Source of the DNA: an uncultured Solirubrobacterales bacterium
GTDB lineage: Bacteria; Actinomycetota; Thermoleophilia; Solirubrobacterales; Solirubrobacteraceae
Direction: 5' to 3'
Length of the DNA: 64,000 nucleotides
Assembly (NCBI GenBank): GCA_963704345.1
Contig: OY969890.1
Span: forward strand, 1,210,095-1,274,094
Part shown: positions 38,214 to 49,328 of the stretch, one piece after another
Layout of the letters: each line of letters begins with the position of its first letter
How positions within the stretch are numbered: the stretch's first letter is position 1
Position numbers and translations under genes: made by a program
The notes under the pieces: generated by a model
Databases searched by the model: none
What the model was told of the DNA's origin: nothing
The model's input: only the letters and a program-made list of their open reading frames with translations

Positions 38214-38897
38214 ATGCGCCGCCCTTCACTTCGCGCCCTTTCCACCGCCACGATCGTCGCGTTTTGCGTGTCGCTCAGCATGGTCTTCTTCTACGCACCG
38301 ATCGAAGCCGAAGAAGGCTTCCTGCAGAAGATCTTCTATCTGCACGTGCCGCTTGCGATCGTGACGTTGTGCGGTTTCGTGATCGGCGGCCTGTGCGCAA
38401 TCGCACATCTGCGCACTCGCGACCAGCACTGGGACCTGCGCTCCTACGTCGCCATCCACATGAGCCTGATCTTCGGCGTGGCGGTGCTCGTCACCGGCTC
38501 GATCTGGGCACGCGGCTCCTGGGGCCACTGGTGGGTCTGGAGCGAGCCCACGCTCGTATCGTTTTTGATCATCATGCTGCTGTACGCCACCTACCAGCCG
38601 CTGCGCTTCGCGATCGAGGACCCCGAGCGCCAAGCACGCTACGCCTCGGTGTTCGCGATCACCGCGGGGGCGTTCGTGCCGATGAACTTCCTTGCCGTGC
38701 GTCTTTCGGCCTCCTACTTGCATCCGCGCGTGCTCGGCAGCTCCTCCAATCTGCCCGCACCGATGGCGCTCACGTTCCTCGTCTCGATCGTGGCGATCGC
38801 GCTGCTGTTCGCGACGCTGTGCTCCTATGAGCTGGCCGCCAAGCGCACGCGCATCCTGCTCAAAGCCCGCTCGCGAATTTTGGGCTACCAATCGTGA
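38214..38897 (+). CDS. ccmC: heme exporter CcmC
   Basis: IFYLHVP, TGSIWARGSWGHWWVW, YLHP. Confidence 0.9.
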   Translation: MRRPSLRALSTATIVAFCVSLSMVFFYAPIEAEEGFLQKIFYLHVPLAIVTLCGFVIGGLCAIAHLRTRDQHWDLRSYVAIHMSLIFGVAVLVTGSIWARGSWGHWWVWSEPTLVSFLIIMLLYATYQPLRFAIEDPERQARYASVFAITAGAFVPMNFLAVRLSASYLHPRVLGSSSNLPAPMALTFLVSIVAIALLFATLCSYELAAKRTRILLKARSRILGYQS

Positions 38898-39010
38898 TCC
38901 ACGATCCTCGCCGGCCCAGACAACCTAAAGCTCTACGACCCAGAGCTCACAGACCCCAAACACTGTTTACAACCTAAAAGTTATAACCCGGACGCTGACC
39001 GCAAACACTC

Positions 39011-39355
39011 GTGACCCTCGTACTCGCTACAACCCTCCCCGAACACTCAAACGACGGCTACGTCGCCGCGGCTTACATCGTGTTCTTCGCGATCGTGTTG
39101 ATCTACGTGGCGATCATGGCTGTGCGACTAGGCCGCGTCGAACGCAAGGTCGAGGCGTTGCGTGGGGATGTAACGAAAAGCGACATGCCCCCCGCGCGCG
39201 CGGGGGGCATCGCCGATTTGGATGCGCCCGACCCCGAGCATGAACGCCCCGGCAGAGACCAGGAACCCGTCCTGAAGGGGGTTGCCCACGGCGAGGAACA
39301 CTCTGAAGGGCATACCCAAGGGGCACACGGCAAGCAGGCAGGCGAGGCCGTATGA
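39011..39355 (+). CDS. CcmD-like small membrane protein
   Basis: YVAAAY-TM-basic tail after ccmC; contains REP insert. Confidence 0.7.
   Translation: MTLVLATTLPEHSNDGYVAAAYIVFFAIVLIYVAIMAVRLGRVERKVEALRGDVTKSDMPPARAGGIADLDAPDPEHERPGRDQEPVLKGVAHGEEHSEGHTQGAHGKQAGEAV
39185..39210. repeat. REP-like perfect palindrome ATGCCCCCCGCGCGCGCGGGGGGCAT
   Basis: Same core as 28169, 28286 and 43224. Confidence 0.85.
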
Positions 39356-40770
39356 GCACCCTGAATGGCACCGGCGAGCTGCTGGCGCTCGGCATCTCCC
39401 ACAAGACCGCGCCCGTCGCGCTGCGCGAGCGCCTTGCCTTCACAGAGGGGCTGGCGGTCGAGTTCGCCCAACAGCTCGCCGAGAGTCCCGAGGTGCACGA
39501 GGCCGTGGTCATCTCGACCTGCAACCGCACCGAGATCTACCTTGTCGTCGGCGACCCTGTGCAGGCCGAGAGCGACGTGCTGGGCCTACTGGCACGCCGT
39601 GCGAGCATCCGGCCCACGGAGCTGGCGCAGGAGATCTATTCGCCGCGCAACTGCGAGGCTGCCCGTCAGCTGTATCGCGTGACCGCGGGCCTTGAGTCGA
39701 TGATCCTCGGAGAGGGCGAGATCCAGGGTCAGGTCAAGCGCGCGTATGAGGCGGCGATGAAGGCCGGCACCACCGGCCCGCTGTCCAACCGGCTGTTCGC
39801 GGCGGCGCTGACGACGGGCAAGCGCGTGCGCTCTGAGACCGGCATCGGCTCCTCGCGCGTGTCGGTGCCCTCGGTCGCCGTGGACCTCGCCCAGGACGTG
39901 CTTGGCGATCTTGCCGAGCGGCGCGTGATGCTGCTCGGCGCGGGCGAGACGAGCGAGCTGACGGCGCAGGCGCTTGCACACCAAGGGGTCGGCACGATCT
40001 TCGTCGCCAACCGTCACGCCGACCGCGCGCTTAGCCTCGCGCAGCGCTTCGGCGGCTCGGTTGTCGGGCTCGACAAACTCCCTGAGCAGTTGCTGGAGGC
40101 CGACATCGTCGTCTCCTCAACCTCCTCGCCGCACCCGATCGTCGGCAGCGAGGAGCTAGCGCTGGTGATGGCCCAGCGTCGCGGCCGGGGCGGGCGGGCG
40201 CCTCTACTCTTGATCGACATCGCCGTGCCGCGCGACATCGACTCGCGCTGTGGCGACATCGACGGGGTCACCTTGTACGACATCGACGACCTGCAGGCGG
40301 TCGTGCAGCGTAACCTCGGCGCTCGTCGCGAGATCGTGCCGCAAGCCGAGCAGATCGTCGAGGAGGAGATCCACCGTTTCGCGCGTTGGCTCGGCCAGGC
40401 GGAGACGCTGCCGACTGTGAGCGCTTTGCGCGAACACGGTAACCGCATCGTCGAGCAGATCCTCGCCGAGAACGAGGGCCGCTGGGAGTCGGCCTCAGAG
40501 CGTGACCTGATGCGCGTGGAGGCGGTTGCGCGCGCGGTCCTCGGGCGTCTCTTGCACGAGCCGACGATTCGCCTACGCAGCTTCTCCCAGGAGCGTGGCC
40601 ACTCAAGCCTGCAGCTAGTGCGTGAGCTGTTCGGGCTCGATACCCCACAAGGGGCCACAGGCGAGGGGCCCGCCCGCGAGGCCAAGCAGACAGACGCCCA
40701 GGACGAACGGGCTGACGAGACTCTCGCCGAGGTGCGCTCAATCCAGAGCGCACGCAAGAGCGCCTCTTAG
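39352..40770 (+). CDS. hemA: glutamyl-tRNA reductase
   Basis: SHKTAPVALRE, STCNRTE, GLESMILGE, GAGE, DIAVPRD. Confidence 0.97.
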   Translation: MSTLNGTGELLALGISHKTAPVALRERLAFTEGLAVEFAQQLAESPEVHEAVVISTCNRTEIYLVVGDPVQAESDVLGLLARRASIRPTELAQEIYSPRNCEAARQLYRVTAGLESMILGEGEIQGQVKRAYEAAMKAGTTGPLSNRLFAAALTTGKRVRSETGIGSSRVSVPSVAVDLAQDVLGDLAERRVMLLGAGETSELTAQALAHQGVGTIFVANRHADRALSLAQRFGGSVVGLDKLPEQLLEADIVVSSTSSPHPIVGSEELALVMAQRRGRGGRAPLLLIDIAVPRDIDSRCGDIDGVTLYDIDDLQAVVQRNLGARREIVPQAEQIVEEEIHRFARWLGQAETLPTVSALREHGNRIVEQILAENEGRWESASERDLMRVEAVARAVLGRLLHEPTIRLRSFSQERGHSSLQLVRELFGLDTPQGATGEGPAREAKQTDAQDERADETLAEVRSIQSARKSAS

Positions 40771-40787
40771 GAGGAGCGGCCGCTCCG

Positions 40788-41760
40788 ATGCGCATCGGAA
40801 CACGCGGTAGCGCACTCGCGCTCGCCCAAGCACGGCTGGTCGCAGGGTGGCTGGGCGAAGCCGAGATCGTCGTGGTGCGCACGCGCGGCGACATCATGCA
40901 TGAACCGCTAAGGGGCGAGCATGAGCTGCGCGAGCGGTCCCCTCGCGACGACAAGTCGCGCTGGGTGGCCGAGCTCGAGCACGCGCTGTTCGAGGAGCAG
41001 ATCGACCTGGCAGTTCATTCCGCCAAGGACATGCCGGTCGAGCTGCACGATGGCCTTCAGCTGCTCGGCTCCCCTGAACCGGGCCGCCGCCGAGGACGCG
41101 CTGATCGGCGCTCACTCGCTTGAGCAACTGCCCGAAGGGGCGTGCGTGGGCACGAGCAGCGTGCGCAGAGCCGCCCAGCTGCGGGCTGCCCGAGCGGACC
41201 TGGAAGTGGTGAGCCTTCGCGGCAACGTCGACACGCGTCTGCGCAAGCTCGCCGGCGCGGTCACCGCGAGCGGCGACGGCAGCGGAGGCAGTGACGCCTC
41301 GCTGCACGCGATCGTGCTTGCGAAGGCCGGCCTGCAGAGGCTCGATCGCGAACGGGACATCGGCTGCACGCTCGACGTCGCGCGCTTCGTGCCCGCCCCC
41401 GGCCAGGGAGCGCTCGGGCTGCAGGCGCGTGTCGGCGACCTGGCGGTGAGCGAGGCCGTAGCGCCGATCCTCGACAAGGACGCTTCCGCGTGCCTGCTGG
41501 CCGAGCGGGCACTCGCCCATGCGCTGGGCGCCAGCTGCAACACCCCGCTCGGCGCCCACGCCGTGGCGGCGGGCTGTGGCTGCCTGCACATGCACGCCTG
41601 GATTGGGCTACCGGATGGCTCGGAGTGGATCGCCGACGAGCTGCTCGGTGGCTTCTACGACCCCGAGGAGCTGGGCGTGCGCCTGGCCGAGCGGCTGGAG
41701 ACGGTTGGCGCCCGTGAGCTGCTGGCCCGTGCCGAGGAGATGGCCGTTGAGCGCGACTGA
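40788..41760 (+). CDS. hemC: hydroxymethylbilane synthase, frameshift near 41075
   Basis: [41 protein letters not shown]. Confidence 0.93.
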
Positions 41761-43455
41761 GGACGCGTCGTCGAATGCGGCCGAGAACCAGCCGTCCGGC
41801 GCTGCCGAGGGCGGACCGGACGCAGCGTCCGAGCAACTACGGCCGGGTCGTGTGCACCTCGTTGGAGCAGGACCCGGCGACCCTGGCCTGCTGACCGCGC
41901 GTGCGCTGGAGCTGATCGCGCGTGCCGACACGATCCTTTATGACCGTCTGATCCCAACGCAGGCGCTGGAGGGGGCTCGCGCAGACGCCGAGCTGCTGTT
42001 CGTCGGCAAGGAGGGCGGGGGCGAATCGGTACCCCAGGAGCAGACGCAGGCGCTGATGATCGAACGGGCGCTTGCCGGGGCAGAGGTGGTGCGGCTGAAG
42101 GGTGGCGATCCCTTCGTGTTTGGACGCGGCGGCGAGGAGGCGCTCGCGCTGCGTGGGGCGGGGTCGAGCTCAGCATCGTGCCAGGCGTCACGGCAGGCGT
42201 CGCGGCGGCCGCATACGCAGGCATCCCGGTGACCCATCGCGGCCTTTCGACAGGTGTTGCGCTCGTTACCGGGCACACCCGAGAAGACACGCCAGACGAC
42301 ACCGCACGTAGGTCGAGCAGCGGTAAGCGCGATCGCGAGAGAGCAGGCCAGGAGGGGGCGGCTGAGCAGAGCGCAGAGCTCGACTGGGCGGCCCTGGCTG
42401 CCTTCCCTGGCACGCTCGTCTTCTACATGGGCGTGCGTCAACTGCCGCACATCGCCGAGCGACTGATCGCCGCCGGACGTGCGCCCTCCCAGGCCGTGGC
42501 GCTCGTGGAACGCGGAACGCTGCCCGACCAGCGCACCGTCAGCGGCACGCTCGCCACAATCGTCGAGGCTGCCGAGCGCGAGCAAGTAAAGGCGCCTGCG
42601 ATCACGATCGTCGGTGCCGTCGCCGAGCTTGCCGAGGATTTGCGGTGGCTGCCGGCGCGACCGCTGGCCGGTCGCACGGTTGCCGTGACTCGCGCTCGCG
42701 CCCAGTCCAGCGGGTTGGCAGCACGCCTGACCGCACTCGGCGCGAGCGTGATCGAGGCACCGACGATTCGCACGCGTACGCTCGACGGGCCACCACTAGA
42801 CCCCACGCCCTACGACCTGATCTGCTTGACCAGCGCAACCGGCGTCGAGTGCCTGTTCGAGCGCCTGGCGGCTGGCGGCCGCGACGCTCGTTCGCTCGCA
42901 GGCGCCCACATCGCGACGATCGGACCCGGCACGGCGCGCGTGCTTGCCGAGCACGGGATCGTGGCCGACGTCGTGCCCGAGCGCTTCGTCGCCGAGTCAC
43001 TCATAGAGGCGTTGGGCGATATCGATGTGAAGCACGCGCTCGTGGCGACTGCCAGCGGCGCACGTGAGGTGTTGCCAGGCGCCCTGCGCGAGCGCGGGGC
43101 GCAGGTCGACGTGCTGGCGCTGTACGAGACGGTCGCCGAGCCGCTGTCCGAGCGGGCGCTGCAGCAAGCGCAGACGGCCGACTACATCACCTTCACCTCC
43201 TCCTCCAGTGTTCGCTATTTCCTCGATGCCCCCCGCGCGCGCGGGGGGCATCGTCCCTTTTCGGACACCCACACCCAGCTCGATGAAGACGAACCGGCAT
43301 CTGGCCAGGCATGCCTTTCGCCCACAACCCGCATCGTCTCGATCGGGCCTGTGACCAGCGCCACGCTGCGCGAGCGCGGCTTGGAGCCACACGTAGAGGC
43401 CGGGCGTCACGACGTCGACGGCCTCGTGGATGCCCTGCTGGCAGACGCCGTGTAA
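41747..43455 (+). CDS. cobA: uroporphyrinogen-III C-methyltransferase / synthase fusion (CobA-HemD), frameshift near 42165
   Basis: [38 protein letters not shown]. Confidence 0.92.
43224..43253. repeat. REP-like 30-bp perfect palindrome in-frame in hemD domain
   Basis: CGATGCCCCCCGCGCGCGCGGGGGGCATCG. Confidence 0.85.
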
Positions 43456-44258
43456 TGCCGGACGGCGAGACAGGCTCGCTCGGCCATCCGCGCGTACACC
43501 TGCGTCGCACCGACTCAACCAATGAGCGAGCGCGCCGACTGGCGATCGCTGGTGCGCCGCACGGCACAGCGGTTACAGCTGAGGAGCAGAGCGCCGGACG
43601 CGGGCGGCAGGGGCGCTCCTGGCTGGCGCCGCCGGGCAGCGCGCTGCTGTGCTCGCTAGTGCTGCGCTGGGCGAGCGAGGACCTGCCGCCGCCGCTGCTG
43701 TCGCTGACCGCGGGGGTGGCCGTCTGCGAGGCGATCGACGACTACCGTATGGCAGAGCACACCCAGGTAGGGCTCGGTCAGCGCGCATGCTTGAAGTGGC
43801 CGAACGACGTGGTCGTCGAACAAGCCAACGGGGACGAGCCCACCAGCCTCGCCAAGCTAGCGGGCATCCTCGTGGAGGGTCGTCCCCAAGAAGGCTGGGC
43901 TGTGCTCGGGATCGGGCTGAACGTGGCCGTCCGCGTTGAGCAGCTGCCGGCAGAGCTGCGCGGGCGCGCGGCGAGCCTCGAACTCGAGCCGGGCGCGATA
44001 GAGCCGATATTCGAGCGATTGCTCAAAGCCCTCGTCATGCGGCTTGCCGAGCCATTCGAGACCACGCTCGAAGCGTTGCGTGAGCGCGACGCGCTATACG
44101 GCCGCGCCATCACCTGGGGCGCGCACGATCCACAAAGCTCTGGCGAGCGTGGGCGTGCCCAGGGGATCGACGACAAAGGACAGCTATTGGTGTGCCGCGA
44201 GGACGGCGCTATGACGGCGCTAAGCGCCGGCGAGGTTCACTTGGAGTCGGTCGGCTGA
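43455..44258 (+). CDS. birA: biotin--protein ligase
   Basis: DSTN, QSAGRGRQGRSW, LKWPND, KLAGIL, GIGLN. Confidence 0.95.
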   Translation: MPDGETGSLGHPRVHLRRTDSTNERARRLAIAGAPHGTAVTAEEQSAGRGRQGRSWLAPPGSALLCSLVLRWASEDLPPPLLSLTAGVAVCEAIDDYRMAEHTQVGLGQRACLKWPNDVVVEQANGDEPTSLAKLAGILVEGRPQEGWAVLGIGLNVAVRVEQLPAELRGRAASLELEPGAIEPIFERLLKALVMRLAEPFETTLEALRERDALYGRAITWGAHDPQSSGERGRAQGIDDKGQLLVCREDGAMTALSAGEVHLESVG

Positions 44259-47132
44259 TCAGCTCGCTGTAGCGCTTCTTCGACGTTCTCCTGCAGCTTC
44301 TTACCTGAGCCGGCGCTCAGCTCACTGTCCATGCCTGGCTGTGGCGTTCTCTCGTTGGAGAGCGCCTCCGCAAGCACTGCGTCCGACGGCGAGCCGGCCT
44401 TCTCGAGCTTGCCGTTCTCCGAGCCGCGCCTGGAGCGACGCTGACGTGTCGACTTCGTCGCCGTCGCTGGTTGCTCGGTCTGACCTCCGACCTCAGCCGG
44501 CCGCTGGCCCTGGCCCTGACCCTGACCCTGGCCCTTGCGTCGTCGGCGCTGGCCGCGGGCGCGGCGCTTTGGGAAGTTGCGCAGTAGCTCTCGTGCCAAT
44601 GCTGGGGGCTTGCGTGCCATGCGCGTGCGCGCGCCGCGCAGCACCTCCTCAGCCTCCGGGGTGTGCGCTAGTGCGGCTGCCAGCAATGCTGCTGCCAAGC
44701 GGCGGTCCTGCTTGCGTGCAGCGTGCACCAGTCGGCGGGCGTTGCGCGCGTGGGCGCCTCCGGCCGAGTTGACGAGCAGGCCCAGCAGGCGCTTGGTCTC
44801 TGGCCAGCGCTGCACCGCGTACTCCTCGTGCACGTCGCGCGTGTACTCGGCCAGACGCCAGATCCAGGCATTGGCCTGGTCGCGGCGACCGATTCGGCGC
44901 TCCACTAGTGCGCGCAGCATGATCTTGGCCGCCTCGCGGCGCTCGTCACGCGGCCAACTGCCCGCTATGTCTATTGCGTTGTCGAACGCGTCGGGGTCGC
45001 GTAGCGCGGCGATCTCCGAGAGCGCCTTGAGGCGTAGCTGCGGACTCTTGTTGCGTTGCACGGCGGTGATCAAGAAGCGTGCCTTTAGCTCGCCTGTACG
45101 GTCAAAGTGCAGCATTGCCCGCGCCCGGCGCCAGCCATTTGGCGTCACTCGCGCGCCCGCCAAGGCCGCCCACACGTGTTGCTCGCCGTAGTCCAGGTGC
45201 TCTACCGCTATACGCCACAGCTCGCGCTCGAAGACCTCGAAACGACGCTCCTCCTCGGCACAGACGGGCAGCACACGGCGCTCTACTCGCATGCGGCGTC
45301 CACGGCCACGGCGGACCGGGCCTACGACGATCGCTCCGCCCCTGTAGACGTCGCGGTCCAGTAGCGAGTGCAGTGTCACGACCGGGTCGTCGTTCTTGGT
45401 GGCCGGGTGCACGAAGTCGACCACGAGGCCGGCCTCCTTGCCTGGGTGGCGGCGCGTGACTCGTCCCACTCGCTGTTGGTAGATGCGCTTTGAGGCCGTG
45501 GGCGCCAGGTGCACGCAGACGGTTGCGCGCGGGCTGTTCCAGCCCTCGGCCAGGAGCTGGGCGTTGATCAGGACGTCGATGTCGCCGCGCTCGTAGCGGG
45601 CCAGCACCTCGGCCAACTCGCGCTTTGGCGTCTCGCCGGAGACGCCCATCGCCTTGATGTCTTCGGCTCGGAACGCTTCGGCAAGGTTGTAGGCGTGTTT
45701 GACGCCGGCCGCGTAGACGACGCCCGGGACGCCGTTGAAGCGCGTCTTGTAGAGGTTGGCTGCCGCCATGTTGAAGGGCTGCTGGTCGAGTAGCTCAGCC
45801 AGCTCCTCCTGGTCGAACTCGGTGTCGACCTCGCCTCGCCGCAATGGCACGTTGGCGATCGTGCGCACGCCCACGCCCGGGGAGATGCGCACGCAGCGCA
45901 GCGGCGCGATCACTCCTCGCCTTGCCGCTTGGGCTAGGTCGAAGCGCGAAGTCTGCGTCGGGAACAGGTCGGTGACGTGACGCGCGATCAAGTGCTCCCG
46001 TGGCCGTCATGCCGATGAAGATCGGACCCGTCCATGCTCTGATCGCGCCGCTGGTCTTCTCACCCAGGGCCGTGTGGGCCTCGTCGCAGATCACGATCGT
46101 GTAGGCGCTCGAGATCCTTCCCGCGTTGCGTACGAACCACTGGTAGGTCTCGACCGTGACTGGGCCCTTGGGCGAGTCCTCGCCCGTGTACAAGGGGCGC
46201 GAGATGCGCTTTTGGTAGCCGCGGTCGCGCAGCTCGCCGTGGAACTGGTCGACCAAGTTGCGACGGTGCGTGAGGATCAGGACGCCGCCGGTCTGCGAAG
46301 CCTCGACGAAGCCGAGCGCTGCAACCGTCTTGCCGGCGCCGGTGGCGTGCTCGAACCAGAAGCGCTTTGCTGCGTTTGGGTCCTCCGGCTGGTCTGAGAC
46401 GTCCTCCTCGTCCTCGTCCACCCAGTCTTGGGGCTCCTCCTCGGACTCCTCCTCGACGTCCTCCTCGGGCTCGGGCTCCGGCTCGGCCAGCTCCAGCTCG
46501 TCGTCGAAGTCATCGTCCTCCTCCTGCGTCTCCGGGGCGGCTCGCTCGACCGGTCCGAGGTCCTCGTCGTCGTCGTCCTCGTCGTCCAGGTCCTCGTCGC
46601 CGTCATCCTCGGCGTCGTCTGTGGCCTCGGCGCGTGCGCGGGGCTTGTCCCCGTCGCGGGCGCCCGCGACGCCTTCTCCCTGCTCCTGCTTGGCCTCCTC
46701 TGGCCCAAGGATCGCGGCCGAGGCGAGCAGCTCAGGCGAGGCCGCGGCAGCAGCGCGACCATTGCCGTTCGCACCCGAGCGCTGCGCCTCGGCCAACAAA
46801 GCCGTCAGCGTGCCCGAGAGGGCATCGACCTGGTGCGCGGAGAGCACGGTGCCATCGACTAGCTTCGGCTCGTCCTCTGAGAGGACTCGTTCCAGCCCGA
46901 GCAGCAACGAGAACTCACGCCGCCACGCGGTCGATGGGTGCTTGGCGCCGTCCTTTAGCTCGGCCAGCGCCATGTCTAGCGCGCGGCGGCGCGGCGAGCC
47001 CTGAGCCAGCGCCGCCGCAGCGTCCTCGCCCTCGTGCAGGAAACGCTCGCGCACGAGCTTCTCCGCTCGCTTGATTTCGGCGGAACTCGGAATGGACGCG
47101 GCCGCTTGGGCCACTGCTGGGGACTCGGCCAT
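44237..47132 (-). CDS. SF2 DEAD/DEAH-box helicase (ResIII-like) with acidic insert, frameshift near 45990
   Basis: ATGAGKT, DEAH, TAT, LAEGWN, QRVGRVTR. Confidence 0.9.
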
Positions 47133-47188
47133 GGAGGCTCTGGACTTCGAGATGGAGCGGTCGCGGACACTCGTCCGCTTCGCTCATG

Positions 47189-47210
47189 AAAAACCGGCGC
47201 TTGCGCCGGT
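47189..47210 (-). terminator. intrinsic terminator-like hairpin upstream of helicase
   Basis: 7-bp GC stem followed by a T-run on minus strand. Confidence 0.6.
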
Positions 47211-47335
47211 GAGGCTCACAGAGGGACAGGTGCCGCTTTGACTCCCATCCTTCCGCTTCGCTCAGGATACAGCACAACCCGGGGGATTTGAAGGCGTGGC
47301 GCCTTCGCCGCCCTACTCCCTGGCTTCCGGCGCGC
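47189..47335 (-). promoter_or_regulatory. candidate structured leader RNA with terminator/antiterminator
   Basis: See findings; several stems plus ACCGGCG-CAAG-CGCCGGT-U-run. Confidence 0.5.
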
Positions 47336-47467
47336 GGCGAGCCTGACTTCGGCGCATCTGACTTCGGCGCATCTATCAGGTCATCTGAGAGTCTTATCCG
47401 ACATGGTCAGGCGCGCTCCATCCCACTTCCCGATCTTTTTGACCGCGAATCGCCTTCGTTGGGGCGC

Positions 47468-48062
47468 ATGACTGGTCGCCGCATGCTCCTTGGGCTCGGG
47501 CTGGGCGGCCTGATCGTGCTCATCGCCGATCGGTGTGACCCAGTTGCCGAGCAGCTCCTCCTCCGGCAGCGACGCTACGCCCCTTACCGCGGCACAAACC
47601 AGCGCCCTGCTCGCCGGCTCGCCGGGGCCGCTGGCTGCGCTGCACGCTCAGGCAGGCATGCTGCTCGAAGGCGGAACGCCGGCACTGCACGCGCGCCTCA
47701 GTGCGCTCAAAGGCTATCCCGTCGTCATCAACAAGTGGGCCTCCTGGTGCGTACCGTGCCAGGAAGAGTCCGCCGTCTTCCAGCGCGTATCCGCCGAATA
47801 CGGAGCGCGCGTGGCCTTTATCGGCATCGACTCGGAAGATTCCTACCGCGCCGACGGGGCCGCCTTCCTAAAGTCCTTTCCCGTGAGCTACCCCAGCTAT
47901 TACGACAAGAGCGGTTCCCTCGGCCTGCAGCTGACCGATTCGACCTTCAGGCCCGCGACCGTCTTCATACCCGCCCACGGCCGGCCCTACATCCGCGAGG
48001 GCGAGTATCCGAGCGCGGCTAAGCTGCGCCACGACGTCGAACGCTACGCGCTGCATGCCTGA
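47468..48062 (+). CDS. TlpA/ResA-like thiol-disulfide oxidoreductase, frameshift near 47525
   Basis: N-terminal anchor; NKWASWCVPC. Confidence 0.85.
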
Positions 48063-49070
48063 GATCCGGGTGGACCCGCTTAGCGGGCACAGGGTGATCA
48101 TCGCCGGGGAGCGCTCGGAGCGACCCGGCGGCGAGCCGCGCTGCCCGGCGCCCGCGCCGATCGACGTGGAGAAAGACCCCTTCGCTGCCGGCCGCGAGGA
48201 TCTCACTCCTCCCGAGCTGTACTCGCTGCGTCCCGCCGAAGTGTGAGTGGCGGCGATGGGGATGGGCTCAGCGGCTCGACTGCTGATACCGCCGGGTGGA
48301 GCGTACGGGTGGTGCCGAATTTGTACCCGGCCCTCAATGCCGATAGTCCCACCCCGCCCGCGGACGCTCAGCCGGACCTGTTCTATGCCACTGCCGCCTC
48401 CGGCGCGCACGAGGTGATCATCAACGCGCCCGAGTCCGTCGTCTCCCTGGCCGAGCTGCCCGCCTCGCGGCTGGCCGATGCGATGGAGGTTTGGCGGCTG
48501 CGCATGACTGCGCACTCCGACGCCGCCTACGTGCAACTGATCGTCAACGAGCGGCGCGAGGCTGGGGCCTCGCTTGAGCACACGCACTCGCAGCTGTACG
48601 CGCTCGACTTCGTGCCGGCCGAGGTGGCGCGTGAGCGCGAGCGTTGCGGTGCTTACGCTCATCGCACGATGGGACGCGGGCTGCTTGAGGATCTTGTTGC
48701 CGAAGAGGTGCGCCGCGGCGAGCGGATCGTTGCGATCGACGAGGAGGCCGTGCTGATGGCGCCCTACGGCTCACGACTGCCCTTCCAGCTGATGTTGGCG
48801 CCGCGCGTGCCGCGCGCGCGCTTCGAGGACGACGGGCCGCTCGGCTCAATGCTGTTGCATGACGGGCTTACGCGGCTGGCGCGCCATTTCGGCTCCTCGC
48901 CGCCGCTGAACATGTGGGTGCGCACCGCTCCGCGCGGGGCTGAGCACTTCTGCTGGCGCATCGACGTGGCACCGCGCCTTACGCACCTCGCCGGGCTGGA
49001 GCTCTCGACCGGCGTGAATCTGAACATCGTCGCACCCGAGCATGCGGCGGCCGTGTTGCGCGAGGCATAG
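48055..49070 (+). CDS. galT: galactose-1-phosphate uridylyltransferase family, frameshift near 48243
   Basis: RSERP, VRVVPNLYP, GAHEVII, AGASLEHTHSQ, AGLELSTG. Confidence 0.88.
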
Positions 49071-49082
49071 CAAGCCGCCGCC

Positions 49083-49302
49083 GGCCCGACGATCCGGCGG
49101 CTCGTAAAGCTCGGGGCGGCTGGCGTGGGCTCCGGCGGCCACGAGCTCGGACGGCCCGACGGGAGCTCGGACGGCCCGACGTGGACGAGCCTCGAACGGC
49201 CCGACGGGAGCTCAGGCACGGCCCGACGGGTAGCATCGAACGGCCCGACGGACAGCTCGAACGGCCCGACGGACAGCTCGGACGGCCCGACGGGAAGCTC
49301 AA
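49083..49302. repeat. intergenic imperfect tandem repeat (CGGCCCGACGG...AGCTCG, 18-21 bp)
   Basis: About 8 GGCCCGAC cores. Confidence 0.8.
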
Positions 49303-49328
49303 GCGTGCCCGGCATATAGGCTCCCTGC

